A stretch of DNA of 64,000 bases from Selaginella moellendorffii (taxonomy: Eukaryota; Plantae; Lycopodiophyta). The stretch covers positions 62,001-126,000 of the forward strand of contig NW_003314267.1 of assembly GCF_000143415.4 (NCBI RefSeq). The letters run 5' to 3'. Shown piece by piece: positions 12,780 to 26,000 of the stretch. Each line of letters begins with the position of its first letter. The first letter of the stretch is position 1. The position numbers and the translations under genes are program-made. The notes below the pieces were generated by a model that ran no database searches, was not told the origin of the DNA, and saw only the letters and a program-made list of their open reading frames with translations.

Positions 12780-14062
12780 TCAAATTTTGGAGAGTATGAT
12801 ACCAGGAGGCGGGCCGTGGTCCCCGGATCGAAGATCTCGAAGTTCCACTCTGAACATCTCAGACTGCAACAACAAAAGAACAAAACACAAAGTTTTCGCA
12901 CACGCAATTCTGGCTGACAGCCTCCTCTCAATCGTATTCGTACCTTTATAGCTTTGTAAATGGAGCGGTTATACTTCTTCTTCGCCAGTTCGGTTGCTGC
13001 GATGAGACAGAATGTAGCAAAGTCGTAGCAAAAAGCTTGAAGAGTTCTGTACCTTTCTGTATTGCTTCTTCTTGAGTGGAGCGCGCGTCTGGAAAGGAGG
13101 CGTAAACAAAGCCAGCTTCTTCGGCGGGCTTGCCAGTGTATTTGTGCCTGGGCGAAGAAAACAAAACAATGTCGCTCTCTCTATCTAGCTCTCTTTCACT
13201 TGAAAATGAAAGAAGGGACTTACGCGGAGAGGAGAGATTTGTGGAAAGTGGCGACTGGTAGCTTGCAACGAATCAAAGAGATCATTCCTGGAGTCATATG
13301 GAGATTGATCTCCACCTGTGAAACCGTGAGAAAAGATTCGTAGAAGGAAGAGAAAACTTGCCTCGCTCATGAAAATATAGCCGCGGTCAATTCGCATCAC
13401 CCGGTAGTCGTGTGCGAGTGCGAGCATGCATCCTCCGGCTGCAGCATGGCCACTGACAAACGATCTAGAAAACGTAAGAACAGAAAAGAGAAAAAAGAAC
13501 TCTCGGGCTTGTCACGAAAAACTGACCAGATTGCTGCGATTGTCGGCATTGGAAAACAAAGAAAACGATCGAGGAGATTGTGAAAGAGATCGACCAGGTA
13601 CTGGAAAAAACAACTCAAGTTGAGAGAAACTTCAAGGACTAAGATTGATCCCACAAGCCTTAAAATTCCCCGGGCGACTTTGTGCGAATCCCAAGTCAAG
13701 ACCATTCGAGAAAAACTTTCCCTGTCCAAAGAAAAAAAAAATCAAACTCTTTCTTCCTAGATGTTTTCGCTGTTTTACCTCATTCGTAGTGATCAAAGCA
13801 GCTGCCTTGGGATCATCCTCAACCTGGAAGTGCAAATGAATTTGCGCGACTGAGAGAGAGATTGCTTTCGTGATTACCTTGTCAAGCGCCGAATGAATCT
13901 CTGCTATACTGGTCGGATTCAACCTGAAATTCACTTTGATTCTCATTCTCATGTAAGAAACTGGATGGATCACCTGTGCTGCCCATCTCCACCATCAAAT
14001 TTGAGAACGTAGACGCCATGAGGGAGCGCCTCGAGCTTCACAAAGCTCTTCTCGCTACCCAT
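12780..14062 (-). CDS. ECI: Peroxisomal delta(3),delta(2)-enoyl-CoA isomerase (crotonase family), multi-exon
   Basis: Spliced: MGSEKSFVKLEALPHGVYVLKFDGGDGQHRLNP, LITTNEGKFFSNGLDL, PMPTIAAICGHAAAGGCMLALAHDYRVMRIDRGYIFMSE; last exon ends GIILSKI* (PTS1-like). Confidence 0.88.
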
Positions 14063-14148
14063 TTCCTGATTTTAGGGCTTTGACAGTGGAATAGCTCTTT
14101 AGACCCTTACTATAAATAACATTGGGACCAAGAACCCTAAAATCTGGC

Positions 14149-14485
14149 GATGGAGGATGGTGCCGCCAGGGGATGCGCTCAAGACGAAGACGCATGATCA
14201 GGCAGTGAGTGCTCTCTTTTGGATTGAGAATCGAGCATTAGCAACAAGGAATCTCTTGTTCTAGATGATCTCAGGCCAGGGAGCTGCTCCAGAACTAGGG
14301 GATAATCCGTATTGCACAGCAGATGCAGGTGGAGCTTCACAGCAATCGTGACACCACCGGCTTCGTCAATTCATCATGCAAAAGGCTGTCTGGGAATCTG
14401 TGCTGGAAATCCCAATGTGCCAGATTGTTTTTGGGAGAGAGGATCGTGTGCTTTTGAGGAATGCAGACCATTTCACAAGCTGAGG
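14149..14485 (+). pseudogene. Truncated, frameshifted copy of the 5' part of the PTP gene at 32998
   Basis: Aligns by eye to 32998-33480 (ggatgcgctcaagacgaagacgcatgatcaggca; gacaccaccggcttcgtcaat) with deletions, then runs into AT-rich DNA. Confidence 0.8.
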
Positions 14486-15287
14486 AGTTAGGAGTTTAGC
14501 TCAATTTTAAATTGTAGTTTAATATAAACATTATAAATTTTAAAATATTAAGGTTATATTGAATTTAATTCACTTTATATAGATAAAAACAATAAAGAGG
14601 TTGATTAGAGCATAAAAATAAAATAAAATTTATTTACAGAAAAAGTAATTTTATCACTTTCTTAAAATTTATACTATTTTTTAAATGTCAGTTTTGTCAA
14701 AATTTAAAAATCATTAAATTTGAAATAAGATTGTTTTTCAAGACTATATAACCGTTTGAAAGGGAAAAAATAACCATTGAAACCCTAGTGGTAGAAAGTG
14801 GGGGAGTACCCATGAAGCTCGCTTTGAACTGAAATATTTCAAAATGTTATAAACTTGTTATATATAAAAGAAAAATTTAGTTCTTTTCTAGAATATATTT
14901 TTGTGTGTTTTATTATAGTATAGTGTCTAGAATTTATGAATCTTTATTCTCACTTTCATTTGACAAGAAGGAAATACATATAAATATTTAAGATTTAGTA
15001 TTAGTGATTTTAACTTTTACAATCTTCCTTCCTAAGGTAGTAAGATAAAGGATATGAGCTTCAATAATCATCCCATGGCACAGTATAACCAAACTATATA
15101 TTAAAAAAAAAGGATAGTGAGGATAGAGATTATAAGTTAGAGATAAATACAATAACAAAGAGTGCAAAAACTTGGGTGAAAAAGAATGCCTTCTACTTGT
15201 TTTAGAAAACTATAATTCTATAACTTTCAAGAAATGCCTTATATATTTTTTGGCTTTTGATAGAAACAATTACAATAATTAGTATGG

Positions 15288-15288
<1 letters not shown>

Positions 15289-15352
<64 letters not shown>
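15289..15352. repeat. (TA)n microsatellite
   Basis: Uninterrupted TA dinucleotide run. Confidence 0.97.
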
Positions 15353-15355
<3 letters not shown>

Positions 15356-16144
15356 TTATAACATACTACAATATCACACATCTGAAAGACTATCATAAAA
15401 TATTTTTTAAGATGGTAAAGATAAAAATAGAAATATACACACTCTATGTGTAGTATTGCGAAAAGAACAATTACAAGTATATGAAATGAAAAGTAAAATA
15501 AAAAATGTTTTTCTATTAATTATATAAAGTATAATAAGCTTATATTATTGATAAACATTGATAGTCTTAGTATATCTAGTTAGCTCTTAAAATCTTCTAT
15601 AATTTAACAATAGTAAAACTTATATATAAATGTCCACTTTAGGATCTTTAAAGTGTTGATAGAGATGTAATATATATGCTTGTAAAGAGCATATACCTTC
15701 TTATGTCTCCTCATGCTTAGTAAAGTCTAGACATATGCAAGAAAGAAAGTCTTGAATAACAATTATGTACTCTTTACTTTTTTTGACTATATACTCCTTT
15801 ACAAACACAGTAATATACTTTGTGAAGAGAATATCACACTCAAGTATTTAAGCCAAACTTATTTACCATACTTTTACTTGGAGATTGTACTAATAAATTT
15901 AACATGCCTTACTTTTTCTTGCTTAATCTTTTGTGCATCTTTGTGAGAACAATTTTGGTTCTGTCACTCATATCTTCAACTCTCCTCTCAAATTGAAACA
16001 AGATTTCTCAAGGTTTTCAATCTTATCCAAAGTGATCGCAATCTCATTACCAACCGACAATTCTTTAGGTACTACATCAGGTTTAATCACTATAGTGTCC
16101 TCAAACTACTTTATATTATTGGCATTTAGTGTTGCAACAATTAC

Positions 16145-16244
16145 NNNNNNNNNNNNNNNNNNNNNNNNNNNNNNNNNNNNNNNNNNNNNNNNNNNNNNNN
16201 NNNNNNNNNNNNNNNNNNNNNNNNNNNNNNNNNNNNNNNNNNNN
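16145..16244. other. Assembly gap (100 N)
   Basis: Run of N. Confidence 1.
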
Positions 16245-17887
16245 TTTACATCATGCTTGTGAGAGTTTTTCACTCTAACATCCATGCCAACATCTCCACT
16301 AATAAAGGAAAAACAATACTTTGAGCAAATAATCTTTATATCACTAATAAAAGCCTAATGAGTGTATTCTATAGATGTGCCACTAACCACTTCCTTAACT
16401 ACAATTGCCACTATTAAGCCAAATGGAGTCAATTTTTTTTCCATCTTATCATGTAACATTTTAACAGAAGACTCTATTCTTATATATTTTCCTTTCTCGA
16501 ATGCCAATGTTTTTTAAGATTGCTCTATAGCATATATAAAATTCTATAAACACGTTTTATATAGACTCATCTTCCCTTTCCTTACTTCAAAGGAATGCTA
16601 GCTTTAGTGCTTACTTTTGTAGAGATTCACAGATAGGGTGTATATAGTGGTTAATCAATAGAAAAAGCAATATTAAAATGCAATAAAATGATAGAAAAAA
16701 AAAAAAAAAACCAACATAAAAAGAGTGATGTCCCTACTAGAACATTTTAACTTCCCACCACCCTAAACCATGAGTCAAGTTAAGGTAGGCAATTTGTATC
16801 TACATGGCTATTTTCATGCCACCACATTCATATTTCATTTGCCTTTCCCTCACTCTTCTTTAAAGGATGTAATTTTCCATTGTTTGCATAACTCCTTAAA
16901 CATTGATTAAAACTTTGGCTTAATAATATGGCAATATTGGTTTAGACTCTAAGCCCAATGAAATTCACAAGTCTTTTTATAAACTTCTAACTACTTGGAC
17001 ACAAGTCTAGTATGCATTAGCCCCATATACCATAAAACCATGAAAGTTTGTAAGCTTACTAGTTTGCTTTAACATAATATTGGAGATAGACTTCTAAAAT
17101 ATTTTCTGGGCTGTCTGATCTTGTACTTTAAACTTTGTTATTGCAATTATCAAGTTATAACGTAGTCTATGAAAACAAAAATACTAAAACCATTTCAATA
17201 TAATGAGAATAAAAATTACCTTTAATCATACACGTGAACTCCCATGGTTGTCCAACCTAATATATGGTTAAAATAAACTTATGCATTTGCAAAGTCACTA
17301 GACCCAAATTTAGGAAATAAAATTTACACCAAAGGCTTATCCATTTGTATTCACTTTAGTTTTAAACTCCTCAATAGTTATGCCATTACCCACCACATGC
17401 TTCTTAGGTCATATTGGCCTTTCCTGACCAAATTGGTTCCACTAAAGTCTTGGAATATTTAGGGTTAAATGTCTTTGGATATAAATAGTATTGGGTTGGG
17501 TGATTTTTGGAAAGTCCAAATTTAGGAGCTTATAAATTCTATTTCCGACTTGGGACTTGCTAGCTCTATGAATGGCATTTATGCCACTTTACCTTTACAT
17601 TTGGTCCAAGTGCTCTATGTGTCTGATTCTACTATAAACACCCAAATGTACTATTGATATATTAGCCCGTTATGCTAAGGTCATGTTTATTCACCTTTGT
17701 CTCATTAGTAATCCAAGACCATCTGTGCCACAGTGCCAACTCCCAAAGACTATGTTGTCCATCCATAAGTGGTCATTATATCTTAGCATCCTTAGCATGC
17801 CTAGAAACATAGAAAACACCCTTCCTAAATATCCTTTCTTCAATCCTCACCAAATCCCTTTCCGTCTATAAAAATGTTTATCAACAC

Positions 17888-19568
17888 TATCAAGACCCCC
17901 AACAAGATCAAGACTGGAAAATGCAGAAAAGAAAAAGAAAAACTAGTGGAGACGAAGAAGAGGACTTAGACTAGCGTTAATTCAGATTATGGAGAAATGG
18001 AACAAGGCTAACTTATATATATTATAGGTTGATAAAGCTCCACCACTCTTGGATCGAGGATGGCCTAAATATAGTTGAGGTCAAGGAGGCACCACATCAT
18101 CATCAGGAATGTGGTTCGAGAATCAGGAATCGTACAGAAAATCAGAGAGTCAGGAATAGGGAGGTGTCTCAAGAGTCAAGAATGTGGTCTGCAGGTCAGG
18201 AATCTAGTGAGAGTCAAGAATGTGGCAAGAATTGTGGGATTCCTAATAGCACCCCCTCCTCAAGAATGAGTGGAACAAGGACGTGAATGAGAACAAAGAG
18301 GAGGATGAGATGGGCGTCGAGGGACGAGAGATGGAGAATGAAAAGAATGAGGACTGAGACGAGAAGGATAGCAGTGGTGGAAGTCCTGAATAAGGTCAGG
18401 AGAATGAATCAGGTTTTCCTCAGGTTCCCAAGTGCATTCCTCAGGCCCATAACCTTTCTAGTCTACCAGATAGTAGAGTTTAGACCGTGAGAACTTGAAA
18501 TCAAGGATGTCTTGAATCTCATACTCAAACCCATCCTTGAGCTACACTAGTGTAGGCAGAGAAATGACCCAATTTGGAATAGGACTAGAAATATAAGGCT
18601 TAAGAAGAGAGGAGTGAAAAACGGGGTGAATTTGATATGAGAAGGGAAGTGCAAGGCGATAAGTGACAAGATTAATGATGGCAGTGATAGGGAAAGGACC
18701 AAGGCATTTGAAATCAAGTTTGGGACATGGCCTGGTGGTGGAGATATTTCGCCTGAGGAGCTAGACTTTATCCCCGATATTGTAAAGGGGACAATCCTAA
18801 CGATAGACATTGGCAAATGTTTTGTGAGATTCCTAAGCATGATGGAGGTGGAAGGAGATGGAGTTATGGATTTCCTGGAGGTTGGAGACAAATGCCTCAA
18901 AACAGGGATTTGAACAAGAGGATTCAAATGGAGAAGGAAGTAAGAGATTGAATTGGGGATTTTGGCCAGAGTTTGCAAAGAAGGGGGAAACTCGAAGGGA
19001 GGAGTGAACGGAGTTATTATAGGAGAACTTAGCAAGAGGAAGGATATCAAACTAGTCATCCTGATGATAATTGATGAAGCACCTTAAGAATTTTTCCAAC
19101 GTCTGAATCGTTGGAACTATCTATCAGTTTAAGGATGATACACTGAATAGAGGTTGGCCTTCACTCCAAGCCACTGCAAGAACCATTGCTAGAAATGATA
19201 CATGAATTGAGGTTCCTAATCTGAAACCACATCTGCCGGAATCTCATAAAGTCGAAAAATTCCCTTGAATACCAGCTTTGCCATGTCCTCGTCCGAAAAC
19301 TTCTTGGTACTCAGTAAGAAGTGTTGTCACCTTTGTGACGCGTTCTCCCCCAACTAACACGATTGTAATGCCTCCAGTAACCCCGAAAGATCACCTCTTC
19401 CAAATCCATGGAGATGGATTCCAAGGACCTAAAAAGACTGGGAAGGAACGAAGAAAACCTGAAGGAAGGTGGTGATGTACCTTATTTTAAGCGCAAGTGT
19501 CGTAGGAGGTAATAAAAGCTTTGATGTAGTCGTCCATGTGAGGCAACCAAAAGTCCCGTTCAACTAGC
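17888..19568 (-). mobile_element. Truncated, decayed copy of the chromoviral Ty3/gypsy family (3' LTR 17888-18248 + chromodomain/integrase remnant)
   Basis: Collinear with 22695-24530, with many transitions and stops; lacks the 162-bp insertion found in the full copy. Confidence 0.88.
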
Positions 19569-20529
19569 TAGAGTGGAACTCCCAACAAAGAGCTCAAGGA
19601 ATGAGTATAAAGAAAGCAATAGGTGAGTCTTTAAAAAAGGGTACAAGAGGGCCAACACATGACATGTGGAAGTGTCTGAGATGGAGTCCAAGATGGAGTC
19701 CAAGGTGGAGTCCGAGATGGACCCAAGATAGAGTTCGAGATGGAGTCTAATATGGACCAAAAATGGAGTTCTAGATGGACCTGAGATGGAGTCTGAGATG
19801 GACCTAAGATGGAGTCCGAGATGAACCTAAAATAGAATCCAAGATGGACCCAAGATGGAGTCCCAAATGGACCCGAGATGGAGTCCAAGATGGACCCGAG
19901 ATGGAGTCCAAGATGGACCCAAGATGGAGTCCGAGATGGAACCGAGACCAAGACCGAGACTAAGTTCGAGTCCAAAACCAAGAGCGAGACCGAGACTGAG
20001 TCCGAGTTCAAGTCCAAATACTAATACAGACTGTTGGATGAAAGCCCAAAGATTTTCCCCCAAGATGGGGGGCTGCAGGGGGTTCCAAAAGTATAGTAGG
20101 GAGAGTGTGGGGGTTGGACCCCAATGGAGCTAGTTTGGCCAGGAAAAGCCAATGTGACCCAGGAAGGTGATACCCACGTGATGGGTGATGATATATCCAC
20201 TAAGGAGTCCAAGGCTAGAGTGAATATAGATTGACAAGCAGAGTAACTTGGTGAAGTGTTCAAGAGCCAACTTTAATTCCCCCAAGAGATCAAATGGTCG
20301 ATGCTCCCAATCCAAGATAACTTAGTAAAGTGTTCAAGAGCCAACTCTAACTCCCTCGGGAGATCGAATGGTCAATGCTCCTAATCCAAGTATAAGTGGC
20401 ACTACCTATTTGGAGAATTAGTGTGGCTCATTGAAACCTCGCTTTAACCGCATAGATAGGGCACCCAAAGGTGGGAGGTGGAGAGAGTACTCATAAGGTT
20501 TGTGTAGGGCCATGGTGTTTCAAAATGTC
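19567..20529 (+). repeat. Dispersed repeat (probable solo LTR of a second family) with an 11-12-bp GATGGAGTCCRA/GATGGACCCRA tandem array at ~19675-19940
   Basis: Tandem array visible directly; homologous in inverted orientation to 21144-21738 and 28426-28667; end motif also resembles 14775-14848. Confidence 0.65.
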
Positions 20530-21143
20530 ATCCCAAAGTCTTAAACTGTGGAAAGAAAGTGGAGCAATCCTCTTGCATAGTGACCAAAGACATAATCACC
20601 GTGGTGAGGAAGTCTTAGATGTCAATAGGACTTAGTGGTCAGACCTTCAAGCCCTAACTCAGTTGCAGTGTTGGCAAAAATGGCTATGGATGAAGAGGGA
20701 TTTGGCAAGAACTAAAGAAAGGACATTGAGGAAGGGTGTTCCTGTTGTCTTCAGGCATCCTAAGAATGCTAAAGTGTGGTCTTAGAATGACCATTCATGG
20801 ACAAATAACTCAATCTTGGAGAGATAAAACTATGGTAACAATGGTCTTGAACTACCAATGAGACAAAAGTAAATGGATATGGCTTTAGTGTAATGGGTTG
20901 AGATGTCAATGGTACCTTTGGGGTGTCGGTCATGGAATTAGATACGTAAAGCACTTAGTCTTAGATGCTATTCACGGGGCTAACATGTCCCTAAGTTGGG
21001 AGTAAAATTTATGGAGGTTGTGGGTAAGACTCTTCCAAATGGTCAAAGGTGTGATTAAATAACTAAAGTAAAATGGAAAATTTAACTATTTATATATACA
21101 AAAGGATTATTCCTCTTCTTTACACAATCCAGGATTTTAGATC

Positions 21144-21738
21144 ACATTTTGAAACACCATGGTGCTATATAAGCCTCATGGGTACTTCCCCCACCTTCCA
21201 CCTCTAAGTGCTTTAGCCATGTGGCTAGAGTGAGGTTTTGATGAGCCACGTTAGGTATCTAAGTAAGTAGTGCCACCCACACTTACATTGGGAGCATTGA
21301 CTATTCGATTTTCCGAGGGAGCTAGAGCCAACTCTTGAACACTTCACTAAGTTACTTCGCTTGTTTATCCGTGTTCAATCTAGTTTTAGAATCCTTATTA
21401 GTTATATCATCACCCACCATATAACTATAGCCTTTCTGGGTTACACTAGTTTTTCCTAGTTAAATTGGTTTTATTAGAGTCCAACCCCACACTCTCTCTA
21501 TTATACTTTTGAAATAGCCCTCGCAAACACCCTCGAGGGACGATTGCTTTGGGCTTTCACCCTATGACATATATTAGTATTTGAAATCAATCTCAAACTC
21601 AAGTTTGGACTTGGACTTGAATTTGGACTTGGACTTGGATTAAGATTTAGTCTCGGTCTCTGTCTTGGTCTTAGACCCAATCCTGGACCCCATCTCAACT
21701 TCCATATTAAACTCCATCTTGAATTCCACCTCAGATTC
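21144..21738 (-). repeat. Inverted copy of the 19567-20529 repeat, continuing at 28426-28667 after interruption
   Basis: acattttgaaacaccatgg is the reverse complement of ccatggtgtttcaaaatgt at ~20510; ctccatct arrays mirror the gatggag arrays. Confidence 0.65.
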
Positions 21739-23063
21739 CGCTGGGGGAGATAGTACACCAAAGAATAATAGATTATTTAACTTATATTGTTTTATTACAT
21801 TCATTAAAAAAAAACTTATCACCTATTTGTAGGGACACTAAATGGCATTAGAGACTAAATGGCATTGGAGAGAATATATATTGAGGAAATGCTCAATAGT
21901 TCCTAGCAACAAACTGTTATGGATCAAAGATGAAACATTAATTATAAACACAATATTGAATTCATATTCTTTGAGCTATAATAATATGGTGAGTGTGAAT
22001 AAGATTAAACATATATTTAGTTTCTCATCCTATCAGAGTAAGAGGTTTTGAATAGCATGCATACTAAGTAACAAATATTATTTTTATGTGTTGATAGTGT
22101 AATAATTTTATTTTGAAATTTTAAAATAATTAAGCATATTTGACTTCATATGGAATACACAAGGCTTGGTTTGGCAAACCATTTTGATTCCAGGCCAAGA
22201 GCATTCTATGCTTAAAAAGTTTGAGACATGGCTTTTACGAAGTAAGAGGATCTGTAAAAGTAGAATAAGAGAAGGTACTTCTTCCTATTCCTGCTCTAGG
22301 ATATCTAAAATTGAGACTTTGGTGAGAATATCATATTTTAATTTCCATGATGTTTGACTACAGCATATCCTTTTTAATGCAAATGTCGAGAAAGTCTTCT
22401 GCATCTTTGAATGGATTGTATTCGAACATGTCCTCAGCAAATGTAGTATCAACTTGTAAAGCAATACCTTCGAGACGTATTGGTTTCCACTTCTTAATGC
22501 CTCTTTTAGGATGGAGGTCATTCATAGTGTTGAGGAGTTCTTGAGCCATATCTCCTTTAAATTCCTTGCAAACATCAAATGGAACACCGAATCCATAATG
22601 GCCGAGAATACATATGGATTAATTCTGTTGGTTTTCTTGTCAAAGATTTTCTGAATTTCTTTTTTGTGTGGGAGCCGATTGTTTCAACTGGTTTTGTCAA
22701 GACCCCCAACAAGATCAAGACTGGAAAATGCTAAAGACAAAGAGAAAAAGCTAGTGAAAACAAAGAAGAGGCCTTAGACTGGTGTTGATTCAAATTGTGG
22801 AGAAATGGAACAAGGCTAACCTATATATACTATAGGTTGATGAAGCTCCACCACTCTTGGATCGAGGACGGCCTAAATATAGCTGAGGTCGAGGAGGCGC
22901 CACATCATCATCAGGAATGTGGCTCGAGACTCAGGAATCGGGAAGTGTCTCGAGAGTCAGGAATGTGGTCTGTAGGTCAGGAATCCGGCGAGAGTCAGGA
23001 ATGTGGCAAGAATTGGGGGATTCCTGACAGCACCCCCTCCTCAAGAACGAGTGGAACGAAGAT

Positions 23064-26000
23064 GTGAACGAGAACAAAGAGGAGGATGAGATGAGCGGCG
23101 AGGGATGGGAGATGGAGAAAAAGAATGAGGACTGGGACGAGAAGGATAGCGGCGGTGGAAGTCCTGAACAAGGTCAGGAGAATGAAGCAGGTTGTCTGCA
23201 GGTTCCCAAGTGCGTTCCTCAAGTCCGTAACCCTTCCAGTCCACCAGATAGTAGAGTTTAGACCGTGAAATCTTGGAATCAAGGATGTCCTGAACCTCAT
23301 ACTCAGACCCATCCTCGAGCTGCACTGGTGGAGGCGGAGGAATGACCCGATTTGGAATAGGACTGGGAATATAAGGCTCAAGGAGAGAGGAGTGAAAAAC
23401 GGGGTGAATTTGATATGAGGAGGGAAGTGCAAGGCGATAAGTGACAGGATTAATGATGGCAGTGATAGGGAAAGGACCAAGGCGTTTGAAATCGAGTTTT
23501 GGACAGGGCCTGGTGGTGGAGATATTTCGCCTGAGGAGATATTTTGCCTGAGGAGCCAGACTTTATCCCCGATATTGTAAGGGGGATAATCCTGACGATG
23601 GACATTGGCAAATGTTTTATGAAATTCCTGAGCACGATGGAGGTGGAAGGAGATGGAGTTGTGGATTTCCTGGAGGTTGGAGATAAATGCCTCAAAGCGG
23701 GGATTTGAACGAGAGGATTCAGATGGAGAAGGAAGTGAGAGATTGAATCGGGGATTTCGGCCAGAGTTCGCAAAGAAGGGGGAAACTCGAAGAGAGGAGT
23801 GAACAGAGTTGTTATAGGAGAACTCAGCAAGGGGAAGGATATCGAACCAGTTATCCTGATGATAGTTGATGAAGCACCTCAAGAATTGTTCCAACGTCTG
23901 AATCGTTCACTCGGACTGCCCATCAGTTTGAGGATGATATGCCGAAGAGAGGTTGGCCTTCACTCCAAGCAGCTGCAAAAACTGTTGCCAGAAATGAGAG
24001 ATGAACTGAGGCCCCCGATCCGAAACCACATCTGTAGGAATCCCATGAAGTCGGAAAATTTCCCTGAATACCAGTTTTGCCATGTCCTCGCCCGAAAACT
24101 CCTTGGTACATGGTGTAGCGCATGTGATCATGGGATGAGATTTAGATATACTATCACCGTGGATCCTTGGAACCTTGGGGGATAAATGGGGATAAAATAG
24201 CCACTAAGGGCTCTCTCATCAAGCAATTGCCCCTTTTCCAGTTGGCTTAAGGGGAGAGAGATAAGGTGCGCTACATATGGCAAGAAGTGCGCCATCTTTG
24301 TGAAGCGATCCACCACAACTAAAATGCTGTTGAAGCCTCCAGAACTCGGAAGATCACTCAAGAAATCCATGGAGATGAATTCCCAAGGACCTGAAGGGAC
24401 CGGAAGGGAATGAAGCAAACCTGAAGGAAGGTGGCGAGGTACCTTATTCCGGGCACAAGTGTCACAGGAGGTAACAAAAGCTTTGATGTAGTCGTCCATG
24501 TGAGGCCACCAAAAATCCCGTGCAACTAGCTCATAGGTTTTCGCAATGCCGAAGTGACCAGCAGTCGGGCTATCGTGGCACGCCATCAGGACCAACCTTC
24601 GAGCATCACCTTCAGGAACGTAAAGCTGCTCCCCACGGTACAATAAGCCATCTAAGAACTTGAACTCGTCAAATCGCCGGCAGTCGGGAGTCACTGGGTG
24701 TTCAGCCTGAAGATGGGGGAAAATGTCGCTAGCGAGATCATCGGATTGAAGATCGTTTCTGATTGCATCCATCAAGGAGGAGTACTGACTTAACGTTTAA
24801 AGGTGTTTTTCTTCTCTTCTTCTTCTTCTTCTTCTTCTTCTTCTTCTTCTTCTTCACCTAAATTGCCATAACTTGAAGCCAATCAGGACCGAGGATAACT
24901 TGATCCTGTTGATCGAAGGCAGAATTACCAGGCCTGAGACTAAGATAGGAGCGCCTTGAAAGAGCATCAGGAAGGCCTTGAAACTTTCCAGGTCTGTACT
25001 TGATAACAAAGTCAAACCGACTCAAGAATTGTGCCCACCTTGCTTGACGACGGCTTAAAACTCGGGAAGTGGCAAAGTACTCGAGATTTTTGTGATCCAT
25101 CCAGACTGTTGTTTGATGGCTCGCCCCCTCCAAGAAACGGCGCCACTCTCCAAAGGAATCCACGATGGCAAAGAGCTCCTTGTCATGGATTTCGTAATTG
25201 ATCTCCGCAGGCTGGAATTTCCGAGAATGGAAAGCGACCGGATGAAGTTCGTGATCCGCTCCGAGTTGAGACAGCACAGCACCAATGGCAAAGTCGGAGG
25301 CGTCAGCCTCGATGAAGAAAGGTTGTGAGGAATCAGCATGGATCAAGACAAGAGCAGAACTGAAGGCCGCCTTGAGTGTGTCGAAGGCCTGCTGGGCAGC
25401 AGCAGACCAAGAGAAGGGAACATCCTTGCGAGTGAGATGTGTGAGAGGAAGGACAATGTCAGAGTCGTGATCAATGAATTTGCGGTAGAAGTTGGCGAAG
25501 CCAAGGAAAACCTGAACATCCGACATTGATTGTGGAGGCTCCCATTCGAGAATAGTCTTGACTTTGGCAGGATCCATCGTGATACCCTCAGGAGTGACAA
25601 TGTACCCAAGGAACTCCACAGGCTGCTGATCAAAGGAACATTTCTCAAGCTTCGCGTATAGGCCGTGTTCTTGCAGCTTCGCTAGCACCTTGCAAACATG
25701 TTCGTCATGCTCCTCCTGAGTTTTTGAGTAGATGAGGATGTCATCGAGATAGACGATCACCATCTGATCAAGAAACCCCCGAAAGACGTCGTTCGCCATG
25801 TGTTGGAAAACTGCTGGAGCATTTGTCAAGCCAAATGGCATGACAGTGTACTCGAAGTGGCCATAGCGGGTTCGGAACACAGTCTTCCATTCATCACCAG
25901 GCCGGATCCGGATCAGGTTGTATGCTCCACGGAGGTCGATCTTGGTGAAGAAGCGGGCACCGCCGAGGCGTTCCAACAGGTCCGAGATCAGGGGCAGCGG

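Noticed and set aside
12946-13164. ORF ending FTKL as the ECI C-terminus
   Set aside because: Splicing shifts frame at ~13050 and adds a final exon ending SKI at 12780
15202-15396. YI-repeat ORFs (also 39586-39825)
   Set aside because: Translations of (TA)n microsatellites
19675-20015. Regular GATGGAGTCC repeats resembling a CRISPR array, with P/S/W-rich ORFs
   Set aside because: Units are contiguous 11-12-mers with no unique spacers, there are no cas genes, and the context is eukaryotic; the ORFs are repeat artefacts
22795-23067. Recurrent ORF MWRNGTRLTYIYYRLMKLHHSW (also 28186, 40908, 18029)
   Set aside because: Recurs only because it lies in the LTR, antisense across the TATA box, with a non-ATG start and variable end
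24114-24275. Cassandra TRIM identity for the 162-bp insert
   Set aside because: No 5S rRNA-like core visible
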